DNA from: Neodothiora populina
Lineage: Eukaryota
Direction: 5' to 3'
DNA length: 64,000 nucleotides
Assembly (NCBI RefSeq): GCF_041146345.1
Contig: NW_027191405.1
Location: forward strand, 1,922,001-1,986,000
Both the position numbers and the translations under genes were made by a program. The notes beneath the pieces are model-generated. The model saw only the letters and a list, made by a program, of their open reading frames with translations, was not told where the DNA came from and did not search any database. Of the stretch, positions 51,716 through 63,844 are shown in pieces; positions within the stretch are counted from its first letter, which is position 1, and each line of letters begins with the position of its first letter.

Positions 51716-52096
51716 AGTAATCTCACTACTTCCGACCACTCCTTGCATCATGGCTACTATTAGCGTCTTATCTGAATTATATCAAATTCCTGCACAATGA
51801 CGATACCGCCTCTCGTTTCCGTGTGAATGTCTATAAATACCCGACCGTGAGGTTGTGTGCACAACATCATCGCATGCGCATTCCAGAGGCCACAACAGTA
51901 GAGCCAACAAATGTATCGAAATGTTCGTGCAATAGCTGTGAATAAATTGTGCACAGGCCTCATTCGACTTCAAACAGCAGCCGGATCCGACCCGTGGCGG
52001 TCGTGAATTGCAAAACCTGCGACTCCGTCGACAATGGACAGGGCTTGGTGGGGTTGAATGATTGTGGAAACTAGCATTAACTGACCCTCTATAAAT

Positions 52097-53018
52097 CTAA
52101 TCCTCGTAACTGATCACGCCGTCGATTGTACCGGCATGGAGACCTCCCGTGACTTGAATGTCAGCAGCAGTTGTGAAGCTGGCACCGTCGCTGAGGAAGT
52201 AGATGATAGCGGCGGTCAGATCATTTTGCGTGCTGAGTCGTCTAAGAGGAGGTGAAAGCCACATTTGGTCTCCCTCACGCTTGCTCTTCATCGCGCGCAC
52301 ACTACGAGTCATCTCTGAGTCTACGTATCCAGGAGAAATGGTGTTGACTCGAATTTGGTGCTTCGCCAGTTCGACCGCTAACGCTTTTGCGAGCATCAGT
52401 ATCCCACCTTTGGATGCGTTGTATGCGGCCATCCGGTAGCCTGGCAATCCGATATGAGAGGATTGAGATGCGATCATGACTATACTACCACCGCTGCCTT
52501 GCTTTATGATTTGTTTGGCAACAAGCTGAACAATGAAGAATGTGCCTCGAACCTAAAATGTGGCGCAACGCATTTATGTTAGCTGTATGGACTGTGTAAC
52601 GCAGGAGCTCGATCAGGTGTGCTACATGGGTGGAGGTAAGCCTTACGTTGATCTCCTGGATCCGAGTGAACTCCTCCCAGGTTTGTTCGATAAATGGCTT
52701 GTCGATAGCGATTCCCGCTGCAGGTACGCAGCCGTCGATTGTCCCAAGAGCATCGAGGGCTTGGGAGAATCCAGCATTGAGGCTGTCCTCTTTGGTCACA
52801 TCCGTTTGGATGTAGATAGCTTTGCTTCCGTATCTTGAGTGGAGTGAGTTGAACTCATCTACAGGCTGAGACTGGATATCCAATACAGCAACATTGCCAC
52901 CCATCTCGCAGATTGCACGCGTTGCTGCAAAGCCAATGCCCTGAGCTCCGCCAGTAATTATATAATTGCGCCCGCGGAGCTCGAACATCGGCCTCACATC
53001 GTCAAGTTTGTCTGCCAT
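52097..53018 (-). CDS. Short-chain dehydrogenase/reductase (sorbose reductase/polyol dehydrogenase-like); exons 53018-52647, 52552-52097
   Basis: TGGAQGIG, AAGI, catalytic YNASK, IRVNTISPGYV. Confidence 0.92.
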
Positions 53019-53479
53019 GTTCAAAGTTCTTTGTGGAACTCGCTGCCGTTCAAATTCTGCTACTATGGTGAAGGTGCAGTCAGTTGACCAAGTCGTTCTT
53101 GTATACTTCTATACCTACCAGAGTTCGGGTTTGAAGTGTTTCGAAGACAAGACGTATCATTATTGCCTAATCACCCCGCACCCATGGTCCGTTATCTGTT
53201 CAAATACCCAGTGCTTTACCCGACACGTCTTACCCGACTGTCTTGCCGCGGAAATTGATCTGACTGTTAAACTTTGCCCGACTTAACATTGCGGAAAGTA
53301 TCACTTTGCGATCCGCATGAGCGATAGAATGAGATCCAGCATCGTGCCGACTGTATGTCATGTCGGCATCGAGATAAGCCAATCAGTAGATAACCGATTG
53401 GCATTGGACAGTTGCTTCGCAACAGTGTCAAGATAGAAATCTTGTCATGGGATTTGGAAGATACAGTAAGATACCCATA

Positions 53480-53512
53480 GTGAAGGTGTGAAGGTGTGAA
53501 GGTGTGAAGGTG
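53480..53512 (+). repeat. Tandem 8-mer (GTGAAGGT)x4
   Basis: Read directly, in the SDR/dienelactone-hydrolase divergent intergenic region. Confidence 0.85.
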
Positions 53513-53934
53513 GGCGCGGGGTCGATCTGCACTTTGTGGTGACAGGACGGCGGGCCGTGCACTTGCGTCGCTTACCCTACCTTAGTGCCTCCATGCCATA
53601 TTGTACTGTACCTTATCACTTTGCGCTCTGTCGATTGTGTTGTGTTATCTGACAGGCTCTACTCTATGAATTTGTAACGCACTCGATCAATATAAGTCGG
53701 AACACGTCTACTCCTATCATCTAAGTCCGACAAGTCTACGAGAGAGATAGGCCGAGATACGGTGCATCTGTATCTTACCAGTCAATAATTCGATCTGCCC
53801 AACACAGGAGTGAACATACTAATACCGACTGATCGCGGATTCACTTCTCAACGCCAGTTACCTTCGCATTATTCATAGAGTCCAGGCTTGCTTGCACGCT
53901 TGAGAGGCCATCCTTGGTTTTTTTGCCACTTGCC

Positions 53935-55247
53935 ATGTCTACAACAACAGCCTTGGAGCCTGTCTCCAATATTACTTTGCAGAAGCCCCTCTCGAGACTC
54001 GGCCGTGGTCCTGGCTTGATCATAATCACAGATCAAGCCTCCCTGTCCAAAGGCTCGATTAATCACACGCTTGACCCTCTTCCACGCCAGAAATGGGCCG
54101 AGGAGGGATATGCAGTGGCTGAGTTACGAATCTCTGAGGACAGCGAGTTCCAGTCAGACCTGGTCACTGCGATACGTGGGCTTGAGCAGCTCGCAGAATG
54201 CAGCAGCGACACTGGGTTTGGATTAATATGTTCGTTGCTTGGATGACATGGTCAGAAAAATGCTAATGTATCTTTTCAAGCATATTTGACAAGCGGCAGT
54301 GCAGCAATAGCGTCAGATATCATTGACAAGGCCCCCGAAGTTATTGTGGTAGTGTCATATGGTGAAGGCCACTTATTTGTCCAGTCAAAGCCAATCCTTC
54401 AGCACCTTGCAGGTAGATCCAAGACAGCACCAAATGGCGTTGCCAATAAGGTCTACACGTACCCTACAGCCGAAGCATTCTTTGTACTACCTTCCCACGC
54501 AGCCTTCAATTCACCGGCAGCAGCTGTCTCTCATACTCGAACATTGGCTTTCATCAAACCAATTCTTGGCGGACCTTACTTCGATCTCGAGGCTATATGG
54601 GAAGAACATACCCTTTATGAGTTCGAAGAGCGCGATGTCGCAAAGACAATGGCCACTATGGTTCAGGAGCCATACGTCAACCATGTGCCTACGATCACCG
54701 GTGGCATCGGCAGATTGAAGCTCACCGGCTTCTACCGTGACCATTTCATTTTCAACAACCCCGATGACACGGCACTTGAGCTTGTGAGCAGGACAGTTGG
54801 AATTGACAGAGTGATCGACGAGTTCATATTCTCATTCACTCACGACAAGATTATTGATTGGCTGTAAGTTGATTTACCTCCTCACATGTACAGCCAAAGC
54901 AAATACAGCGACATTGACTATTTGCGATGCGTAGATTACCGGGCGTGCCGCCAACTGGCAAACACGTCAAAGTGCCATTCACAGGCGTTGTGAACATTCG
55001 GGGCGATCATTTGTACCACGAGCATATTTGGTGGGACCAGGCAACTGTTCTGGTACAGCTTGGCTTGTTGCCCGAATACCTTCCATTCCCATATCCTATC
55101 AACGGCAAAATGCCCGAGCCTGGCAATCGATTCGAGTATCGAGTTCCTGCAGCAGGGGTTGAGACAGCAACAAAGCTTGCCGATGAAAATGCAGTCGAGT
55201 CAAATGCATTTTTTGACTTCGCACCTCGTGAGGTCGAGGACAAGTAG
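53935..55247 (+). CDS. Dienelactone hydrolase-like/SnoaL (NTF2-like) fusion protein; introns at about 54230-54280 and 54864-54935
   Basis: PLSRLGRGPGLII, LDPLPRQKWAEEGYAV, SHTRTLAFIKPILGGPYFDLEAIWEEHT..EF, TMVQEPYVNHVPT, LYHEHIWWDQATVLVQLGLL. Confidence 0.88.
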
Positions 55248-56290
55248 CCAGCTGTGAAAATTTTAACTGTATAAGCATACATATCCTGAATCTTGTGTTC
55301 AGGCTCAGGTAGTCGAACACATGCTCATTTGCCGCGTACAACATGCAGTTGAATTATGACCTTCACCAATCTCAAAGTCGCTTGCCGCTATGTTGTGAAA
55401 ACCTATCACAAATTGGTCTTCACAGGCCGTAAATGGCTGATCACAGAACTTGGCGAAGACGTCCTACTGTCGTGTGCAATTTACTTAATTCTGCCCTGTC
55501 ATGTCGATGGCCCCGATATCGTACTTTCCCGATGAAAACCTAAGTTACCTTACGGTTATGGAAGAAGATAGCGTCGGCTAACTCACCCACCTGAGCACAT
55601 CATTGCGGGTAGTGCACCCCCACATGCTGATGAGAAGCCTTGTCCACAGCTGAGAGAAGCTACTGTACCTTATCGTAGCTAGATAGCAACAGAGCAGAGC
55701 CGACTGTTTCTCGAGATAAGAATGCAAAGGTCTAATCTAGTCAGAGGCCAAGTCATGTTGTTGTACATCCATCATGTATGCAGGACAAGTCAATGCACAA
55801 TCGTTCTCTTTTTAGCTATCGTAACATGTGGTAAATCAAGGTAGGTTAGCTTAGGACAGCTTAGCAGGTATGTATGCAAAGCGGGGAATCAGGGCCTGGA
55901 GCTTCGCGTGCGAACCGCCTTTATCGGTATCTTTTGATTCCAACCAGCAATACAACTTGCTCGCGATGTGGTGCAAACGTTCCGTCGCACCTGACTGGGA
56001 AACGAAGAGCCAAAGCCACCATGTGCTATAGTAAATTGACTTTCGCGGAGCGATAAGAGAAATATGCAGATACCTACCTAGCTAGGTACCCTATCTGGGC
56101 AGGCTCGGCCTATACCGTACATATAGGTCTAACTCCTGCTACCGCCGCCCGTATACCACTTTTCCATCTGCATACCTGTTATCTCGCCTTCTCTCTTAAG
56201 GCGTTACGATTGGCAGAAGATGAGGAAGGTCATAAGACTCGAAGAAACTCTTTCATAAGAAACGATATTGCATAGTCCACCACCTCAGAT

Positions 56291-58542
56291 ATGCCTCGCC
56301 CGAAGATTCGTCCAGAGGATCGGCAACGCGCGTACAAAGCTTGCAATTCCTGTAAAGCATCAAAGAAAAGATGCGACTCGCAGCTCCCGTGCGCAATGTG
56401 CGTGCGTCGCAATTGCGCGCAGACGTGCAATTACTCCGCAGCTGCAAGTCGTCGTCGGGCGACACTCCCTGACGTTGGGAGTATGCCGCGCGGGTCATCT
56501 GCTGCAGCACTACTTCCGGCAGCATCTCCAACGCCGAGCACGTCCACTGGTCAATATGAGAATGATGATACAGTCATCTCCGACCTTGGTTTCGAAAATG
56601 ACGGGTTGTCAAGCTCAGCGCCGCAAGGTACGGGGCCTAGGATGTTGCTAAGCTCCAAAGGCGAGAGAGGTGTGTTCTACGTAACACTCGTGGTGTTCTT
56701 CGTACTGATCGCAAGTTTGTCAGTTTATGTGGGAGGAACAGCATCTCTCTCTTTTCTCCACTTCTTACGTCAAATTTTGAAGCAACACATGGGCCCCTCT
56801 CCTTTCACTGAAAATGCGCGGCAAGATATAATGCTCGAAGCCAATCCTGTGAATACTGAGTTCGAGCTGACTGACGAGGATGTTCCTTCAAGGAATGAGC
56901 TCATCGACGCTTATTTCGCCGCCGTGAGTGACCTCAATTCCCCAAAGTCAAGTTTTTGCTCATCAAATACAGACAAGCGGTTTGCTCTACCTTTTTACAC
57001 GAGAGGAGCTGGCAGAAGTACAGCGTAGAGCTGCCTCCGATGAGAATAATAATCGTGATGAAGCTGCAGCTTTGTATCTAGCTGTCGCTATCGGTGGACA
57101 ATGTAGGGGTTCAAGTCGATCTGATCTGCGATACGCAACTCAATGTTTTACCAAGGGTCAACAATTCGCTTTTGAGGGAATGCTGCAAGACCCAAGTTTG
57201 AACATGATTAGGATATTCCTACTCATGGCTTTCTATATGCTAGGCGCTTGTCGCAGGAATACAGCGTTCATGTATATTGGCGTGGCATCTAAAGCTGCTT
57301 CTGCATTGGGGTTGCATATGACGGGTAGGCAACGTCATTTCGACCGCCAGACATTGGATAAAAGGTATGAGTATGATTCACTTGCAACACTCAGAATTCT
57401 GCTAAGGATAAACAAAGGCTGCGCATATGGAAGAGTCTCCGTATACTGGACCTACTCGTGACTGCCATACTCGGTAGACCATGTCAGTCCTTTCAGATAA
57501 AGCACGACACACTTCTAAACCACACAAATAACCAATCGAATGACGCATTCGATGCGACTTTTGATGCATGTGTACTCTTAGAAACAATGGTTCAGGACCT
57601 GGGCAAGAATGGCAGCGTTGACGTTGATTACGCTGAGTTGTTCCTACGTCAACTAGGGGTATGGAGTGCAAGCCTGCCAAAGGAGCTACGGGAATTCAGA
57701 AGCCCTGATGTCGCCGTAGATCCCGTGTCGCAGGAACTCGTGATTGGTGGATTACACAATGCCTGTGTCTATTATTTTGCTGTTATGCTCGTCACTCGCC
57801 CTTTCTTCATTTCACATTCGATATCGCTCATTGCTGCACGTGGACCACATAACAGCGATCCTGGACGAGGCGGAGAAGAGGAGTCTCGAAAAGCCAAGTT
57901 GGCCCAGGCGTGTGTTGATGCGGCTACGTTCATGGCACGAATTTGTCATGATGCTTCCGAATCTGGTCTCTTTCTCAAAAACATGTGCATACTCAAGTAA
58001 GCATAATCTCATCTGTAAAGGGAAGAGAGCTAACTCAGTCGCATAGAGCCTGGCTGTTCGCTGCAGGATTAGTGCTCGGATTCTCCATTTTCGCCGATAG
58101 CAATCCGTCCTGGGAAAAGGAGGTCGTGTTCACCAAAGCACGAGAAATTCTAAGCAAGCTGTCAGATCTCAGCCCACAGGCAGCGCATTACCATGAGATA
58201 CTCACGGCATTCGCCGAAGCCATTGACAAGTATCGATTTGAAGTATCTCGCAAGACGTGGGGATCGGGGAAAAACCTCGTGAACGAGATCTTTGCCCTCA
58301 GCTTCGCAAACCAAGATTCAGACGTGCAATACGCTACTCCAGTCTCAAGAGCCCTGGACTTGCTGGAGGCAGAGGTGATCAGCGACCAGGAGAGCCGCCC
58401 GAATGAATCCAATGCCATGTCATTTCAAATGGATGGCGGGCATGACTATGGTTCCTATGAGTGGAATGACTTCTCCATCCAGATCCCGGAGGACTTCTCC
58501 ATGGACGTGGAGCCGCTCGGCCTGTTCTTTGACTCTATCTGA
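56291..58542 (+). CDS. Zn(II)2Cys6 transcription factor (about 4 introns), probable cluster regulator
   Basis: MPRPKIRPEDRQRAYKACNSCKASKKRCDSQLPCAMCVRRNCAQTC; YVGGTASLSFL; LMAFYMLGACRRNTAFMYIGVA; YYFAVMLVTRPF. Confidence 0.92.
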
Positions 58543-59812
58543 AGTCCTAGAGTCATCAATAATTGAAAGGCTTGGCACGTGCAATCTGCTCCTTGGACTT
58601 GACCTGGCGAGAATTTGCCTCCTAGAATATCCACTTTGAACGTCTGACCAGTGCTCTTTCCCGATTGAAAGACCTTGATAGCGAACACTCCCTCGTCGAA
58701 AACCTTGACAGAGACGCAAATCTGCCGTAGCTGCTGGGCAAAATGTCGCGACCGATCCAGCTACCCATTATCATCGAATAGAGTTGCGGAACGACCTACA
58801 CGAAATAGACTTCTGGTCGCACTTACCGTGTGGGCAACGTCCACGAGAACAGAACGGGTACGGGGGATGAGAGTGCATAGCAATCCTGGCCAATAACGAT
58901 CATACTATACATGATTAGCCTCCCTGCCTTGCTAGTTATTCAACGCACCAGCCTCATAAGACGCTTTGGTGCCCGATGAGCGACCTGGATGATGCACGGT
59001 GATTCACAGCTGTCATGGAGAATCCGTATTCACGAAGGGCTCATAGTAACATGTAAGCTATCCTGATTTCATTTCCTGTCTTAGAGACGCTGGCATGTCT
59101 CAAAACAATAGCTGTAGTCATCACGCGTCTACGCTTGAGACTCCCGCTCGTCCATCAATTCTCAAGATTATTTCGATATACAGTACTAGTAGGCGCTGCG
59201 ACGCGGTCGTGAGACCTTCATTGCAGCGGGGTAATAGTACATAGAAATTCGAGCACGAGGGCCGAGCCTGGGCACCCAAGAAGACCGGTGATAACGATAG
59301 AGCAGATGCCGACAGCCTGCCCTTCAAAGACTGTTGCAAAGCCAAAGGAGATGCAATATCCAATTCCATACCTCAGGTAGGTTCTAATTGGTTGATATGG
59401 GTTGGTGCATCTCGACTTGGCAAAGCGGGAAATCTTGGCATGGCGGAGTGTTTCTTTACACTTCCGCTACGTCAACGTTCCAATTTCTCCCACGCCGAGT
59501 AATACTTTAGACTTGTATTCAAAATTCGGAATGCTCTATCTCGCAATCAAGAGAATGGATCGGACTGTTTCGGAGCCTGGAAACCTTCTCATCGACCATT
59601 GGGACTATCGGCCAAGACATACTGATAGAGACTTCATGCCTGCTGCTTACAACTACACGATGTCTCTGAACCTTACCTTACACTATGAATTCGAGCATGC
59701 CAATGCTACTCTTCTCGGTATTGGATCGAATTCGACCTTGGCAACGATAGCATATGGACGCCACGTGCTGTCGGTCGTGCGCGATTTATGCTCTCGTTGA
59801 ACAATGCGGACA

Positions 59813-59847
59813 TGGGGTACGGGGTACGGGGTATGGGGTATGGGGGT
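59813..59847 (+). repeat. Tandem 7-mer (GGGGTAY)x4, G-run rich
   Basis: Read directly: tggggtacggggtacggggtatggggtatgggggt. Confidence 0.8.
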
Positions 59848-60064
59848 GAAAAGCATGTTCCAGATCATGCACTCTTCCTCTTGGCAGTGGAGGATCTACT
59901 GGTTGCAGTATAAGTTCGCATCGTCCCCTCTGCCTGGATCAACATATATTAAGATTCTAAGGCTGTTTCCTCTCGAGATCCCTTTCGCGGACAGAGATAC
60001 GGCCAAGCCAATCGTTATTTGAATACCATACTTCTCTCGTCTTCACTATATCTATACTTCCATC

Positions 60065-61838
60065 ATGGCCGACATTTCAAAGGCAATTGAGAAGTCATCG
60101 GCATTGATGGTGGAGTGTGTCGATGATTTGGAGAAGCCGATCGAGCGCAAAGATTATTCTGGCGCTCATGAAAAGACTGATCCCCGGGAGATCGCTCTCG
60201 TCAAGAAATTGGATCGGTGGATTATGGTAAGATATCTACGTCGCTAGCAGTAGTGAAGTGCTGCTAATAATCTGATAGCCCATGTTATGGAGCATGTGTT
60301 GGTTGAATTATCTGGACCGTAACGCCATCGCCCTGGCACGTCTCTATGACCTTGAAGAGGACTTGAACTTGAACAGCACCCGTAAGCTAGCATCTATCTA
60401 CTGTTTGTACATGCCACTGCTAATGTTCAAATGCAGAGTACAGACGTGCGTCAGTATCCTGTTTGTTGGTTATCTGTTGGGCCAAATTCCATCGAATATG
60501 TTCTTGACTCGCACAAGGCCCAGTCATTATATGGTACGTTCTATGGTGTGGACGAGAATGTCCAGGCTCTTTGTTCGAGGCTGACGTTCTTCACCACAGG
60601 GTAGCTGCATGGCTCTTTGGGCGGTAGTGTCCGCGTTGACCGCCGTTGTCCATAATTATACAGGTCTCGTCCTTGTTCGTTTCTTTCTCGGGCTAACAGA
60701 GGCTCCTTACTATCCTGGCGCTGTCTACCTTCTGAGCATCTTTTACACTCGCAAGGAGATCGCCACGCGTATTGCCATCCTATATACCGGTAACATCTTC
60801 GCTACAGCATTCGCAGGCTTGATCGCTGCGGGAGTTTTCCATGGAATGGACGATGTAGCCGGACTTGCGGGATGGAAGTGGCTGTTCATCCTACAGGGTG
60901 TTGTCACTTTTGTCATTGCAATCGTCGGATACTTCTGCCTTCCAGACTTCCCGCTTACGACCAGATCGTTGACCCCCGAGGAGAGGGAGCTTGCACACTT
61001 GCGTATCGAGATCGATACCGTTGGTAACAAGGGGGAGACGAGCACTATGGCTGGGCTGAAGCAAGCAGCGGCGGACCCAGTGGTCTGGCTATTTGCACCT
61101 ATGGCACATCTGCATCTTGCTGCCAATGGATTCAAGAATTTCGTACGTGTCGTTCTGCATCTCGCCATATGACTAGAGGACTCACACTTTGCGGTTTCCA
61201 ACTGTCGTAAAGACTCTTGGCTTCGACACGACAATCACTCTTGTCTTAACATGCCCTCCTGTAAGTCTAACTAGGTATCGTTGTCTGCACAGGTGTCCAC
61301 TAACGATGGATGTAGTACCTCATCGCCGGTGCCTCCACAATCCTTGTCTCATGGCTTTCGGGCAGGTACAATGAGCGCACGTGGCACATCACTGCATCCA
61401 AGAGTGTCGCCATCATTGGTTTTATCATCAGCGCGGTCACGTTGAACACGGGTGTCCGATACTTCAGCATGATCATCTTCACCATCGGAACCTACGCTGT
61501 CAACTCGCTGATCCTTGGCTGGGTTGGAAGCACGTGTGGCCAGACGAAGGAGAAGGAGGCCGTCGCCATTGGTATTGTCACGACCGTGATGAATGCCAGT
61601 TTCATCTGGACTCCCGTAAGTCCACACTTCCGCTGACGATATTGTATCACCACTGACTCTGCAACAGTACTTGTGGCCCAAGAGCGACGCACCCCATTAC
61701 GGCATCGCCATGTACTCGAGCGCTGCATTTTCTGCTGGCACCGCATTGACTGCGTGGGTTGTCAAGTTCATCATGAAGCGTCGCAACGAAAAGCTTAGGC
61801 AAGCTGAGGAAGAGAACCAGATGCTCTTCGTCTATTAG
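60065..61838 (+). pseudogene. MFS transporter, anion:cation symporter (Tna1/Dal5-like) family, apparently disrupted
   Basis: LVKKLDRWIM/PMLW..NYLDRNAI, VRFFLGLTEAPYYPG, GWKWLFILQG. A 1-nt loss at about 60440 (AGTACAG instead of AG TAC CAG) and acceptor GCGG instead of GCAG at 61191-61194. Confidence 0.7.
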
Positions 61839-62440
61839 ACTGTATGCATATCGTTGCCAATGCCCAAAGATGTGATGGTTTCTGCGATCACGGAGATAAC
61901 AATGAGCGTGTATATCGTTACATAGGTGGTAGAAACCGCGCCAGGCAGCTAACATATATCATCTTACGAGTCATGGTTGTCTTCCAGAGCCTTATGTGAG
62001 TCCATCACAACCCTGAAAACCGCTAGTTTCGGCTTGTGTTCTCATGTACACGAATTGTGATCCATGATAGGTGGAGTGAAGCAAAGTACTGTGTGGTAGA
62101 GGATACCTTGGCAACGCGACTCGTTCGGGGGAACTACAAACCGTGCCCCACATAAAGCAGAGTCATCGCTCATTGGCTCAAGCATCGGGTCTCAGATCCC
62201 CGAGATCTGTGGAAACACTACTTGTGATTGGACCATGCTTCGGGTCCGTAATAGCATCTCGATAAGATCTCAGTACGGCCGAGCAGAGAGAATCATTGCA
62301 TATTTCATAGACGGGGCACACATATATAACGAGCATGTCTCGTTTGAAGTGTTTACATGTGCAATCGAACACAATAGTCTTATTCGTCTTACGCACAGCA
62401 GTCGTCACTTACACATCGCTCTATCTTATCTTCTTCTACA

Positions 62441-63700
62441 ATGCGAGTCTTGATCAGTGGCGCGGGTATTGCTGGCCCCACGTTAGCTTTCTTCCTACGG
62501 AGAATCGGTGCCCACGTCACCATTGTAGAGAAGAGTCCATCTTTGCTACCTCATGGACAAAATGTCGACATCCAGGGCAGCGCGATCTCAGCCATTAAGA
62601 AAATGGGATTGATCGACCAAGTACGACGACTGAACACCGGGGAAAAAGGTACACATATTATTGGCCAGAACGGACAGCCATTCGCGTCGTTTCCCGTCAT
62701 GGAAGGGTGCTCGGCTAGCCCCAGTTCGGAATTCGAGATCCTCCGTGGAGACTTGGCGGCGGTCCTCTATGACGCTACCAAGGACCAACCAAACACTGAC
62801 TACCTATTCGACGCTACCATCAGAGAAGTCATCTCTAATGCTGATGACTCGGTCGGAGTAGCCTTGAGTAATGGCGAGACACGGGACTTTGATCTCTTAG
62901 TTGCAGCAGATGGGCAGTGGTCAAAGGTGCGAAAGCAATGTTTCCCTTCAGAGTCCATTTCTGTAGTGGAAACAGGCATGTATGCTGTTTACTGGACTAT
63001 TCCACGTTTGCCGAGCGACAACGATTGGTGGAATGTCTATGTGGCTCTCAAATCAAGAGTTGTCACCGTACGTCCCGATCCACACGGAACCATGAGGGCA
63101 ATGTTCACTTGCATGCCCTCTAGTCCTGCTCAGAAGAGAGCTTGGCTAGAGGCATCAAAGGGTGGTAGACAAATGCAGGAAGACCTTCTCAAAAGGGAGT
63201 TCTCTGATGCAGGGTGGCAGACGAAAAGACTGTTGGCATCTATGGACCAAGTAGCCGACTTCTACTTCCAGCATGTGCAGCAAATCAAGATGACTAGATG
63301 GTCAAGATCACGTGTTATTTGTTTGGGAGATGCCGCCTATGCGCCAACGCCTCTGACAGGAATGGGCACTTCACTAGCTATCATCGGGGCATACGTTCTT
63401 GCAGGAGAACTGAGCCGATTGGATCACGGCGCACACCCTTCAAGAGCGCTCGAAGCTTACGAACGCACTTTCCGTCCCTTTGTTGAACGGATACAAGACA
63501 TTCCATTCTTCATCCCAGGCGTCATGCATCCCCAGGCATCGTGGAAGCGGAAGATATTGCAGACTTGCATATGGTCAATTTCTAAACTTGTGTCGTTCGA
63601 ATGGTTGATGGACAGATTGCCAAGCCCTGAGGACCATGACGAAGGTTTTTCTCTGCCATACTACCCTGCTCTGGAGTCTCAGCTGGAGAGGTGCCAATGA
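62441..63700 (+). CDS. FAD-dependent oxidoreductase/monooxygenase (UbiH/FAD_binding_3 family), intronless
   Basis: MRVLISGAGIAGP, EILRGDL, LLVAADGQWS, CLGDAAYAPTPLTGMGTSLAIIGAYVLAGEL. Confidence 0.93.
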   Translation: MRVLISGAGIAGPTLAFFLRRIGAHVTIVEKSPSLLPHGQNVDIQGSAISAIKKMGLIDQVRRLNTGEKGTHIIGQNGQPFASFPVMEGCSASPSSEFEILRGDLAAVLYDATKDQPNTDYLFDATIREVISNADDSVGVALSNGETRDFDLLVAADGQWSKVRKQCFPSESISVVETGMYAVYWTIPRLPSDNDWWNVYVALKSRVVTVRPDPHGTMRAMFTCMPSSPAQKRAWLEASKGGRQMQEDLLKREFSDAGWQTKRLLASMDQVADFYFQHVQQIKMTRWSRSRVICLGDAAYAPTPLTGMGTSLAIIGAYVLAGELSRLDHGAHPSRALEAYERTFRPFVERIQDIPFFIPGVMHPQASWKRKILQTCIWSISKLVSFEWLMDRLPSPEDHDEGFSLPYYPALESQLERCQ

Positions 63701-63844
63701 TAATGCGTTCATACTGCTGCTATGGATAATGCTACAAGCTTCAACAAAACAGAAGACGTTGCTTTCGTTATTCCTATCTCTGTACCAATATGCTCTTATT
63801 AGATTCAATAGCTAGTTAACTCAAGTCGTTACTAAGCGTTCTGC

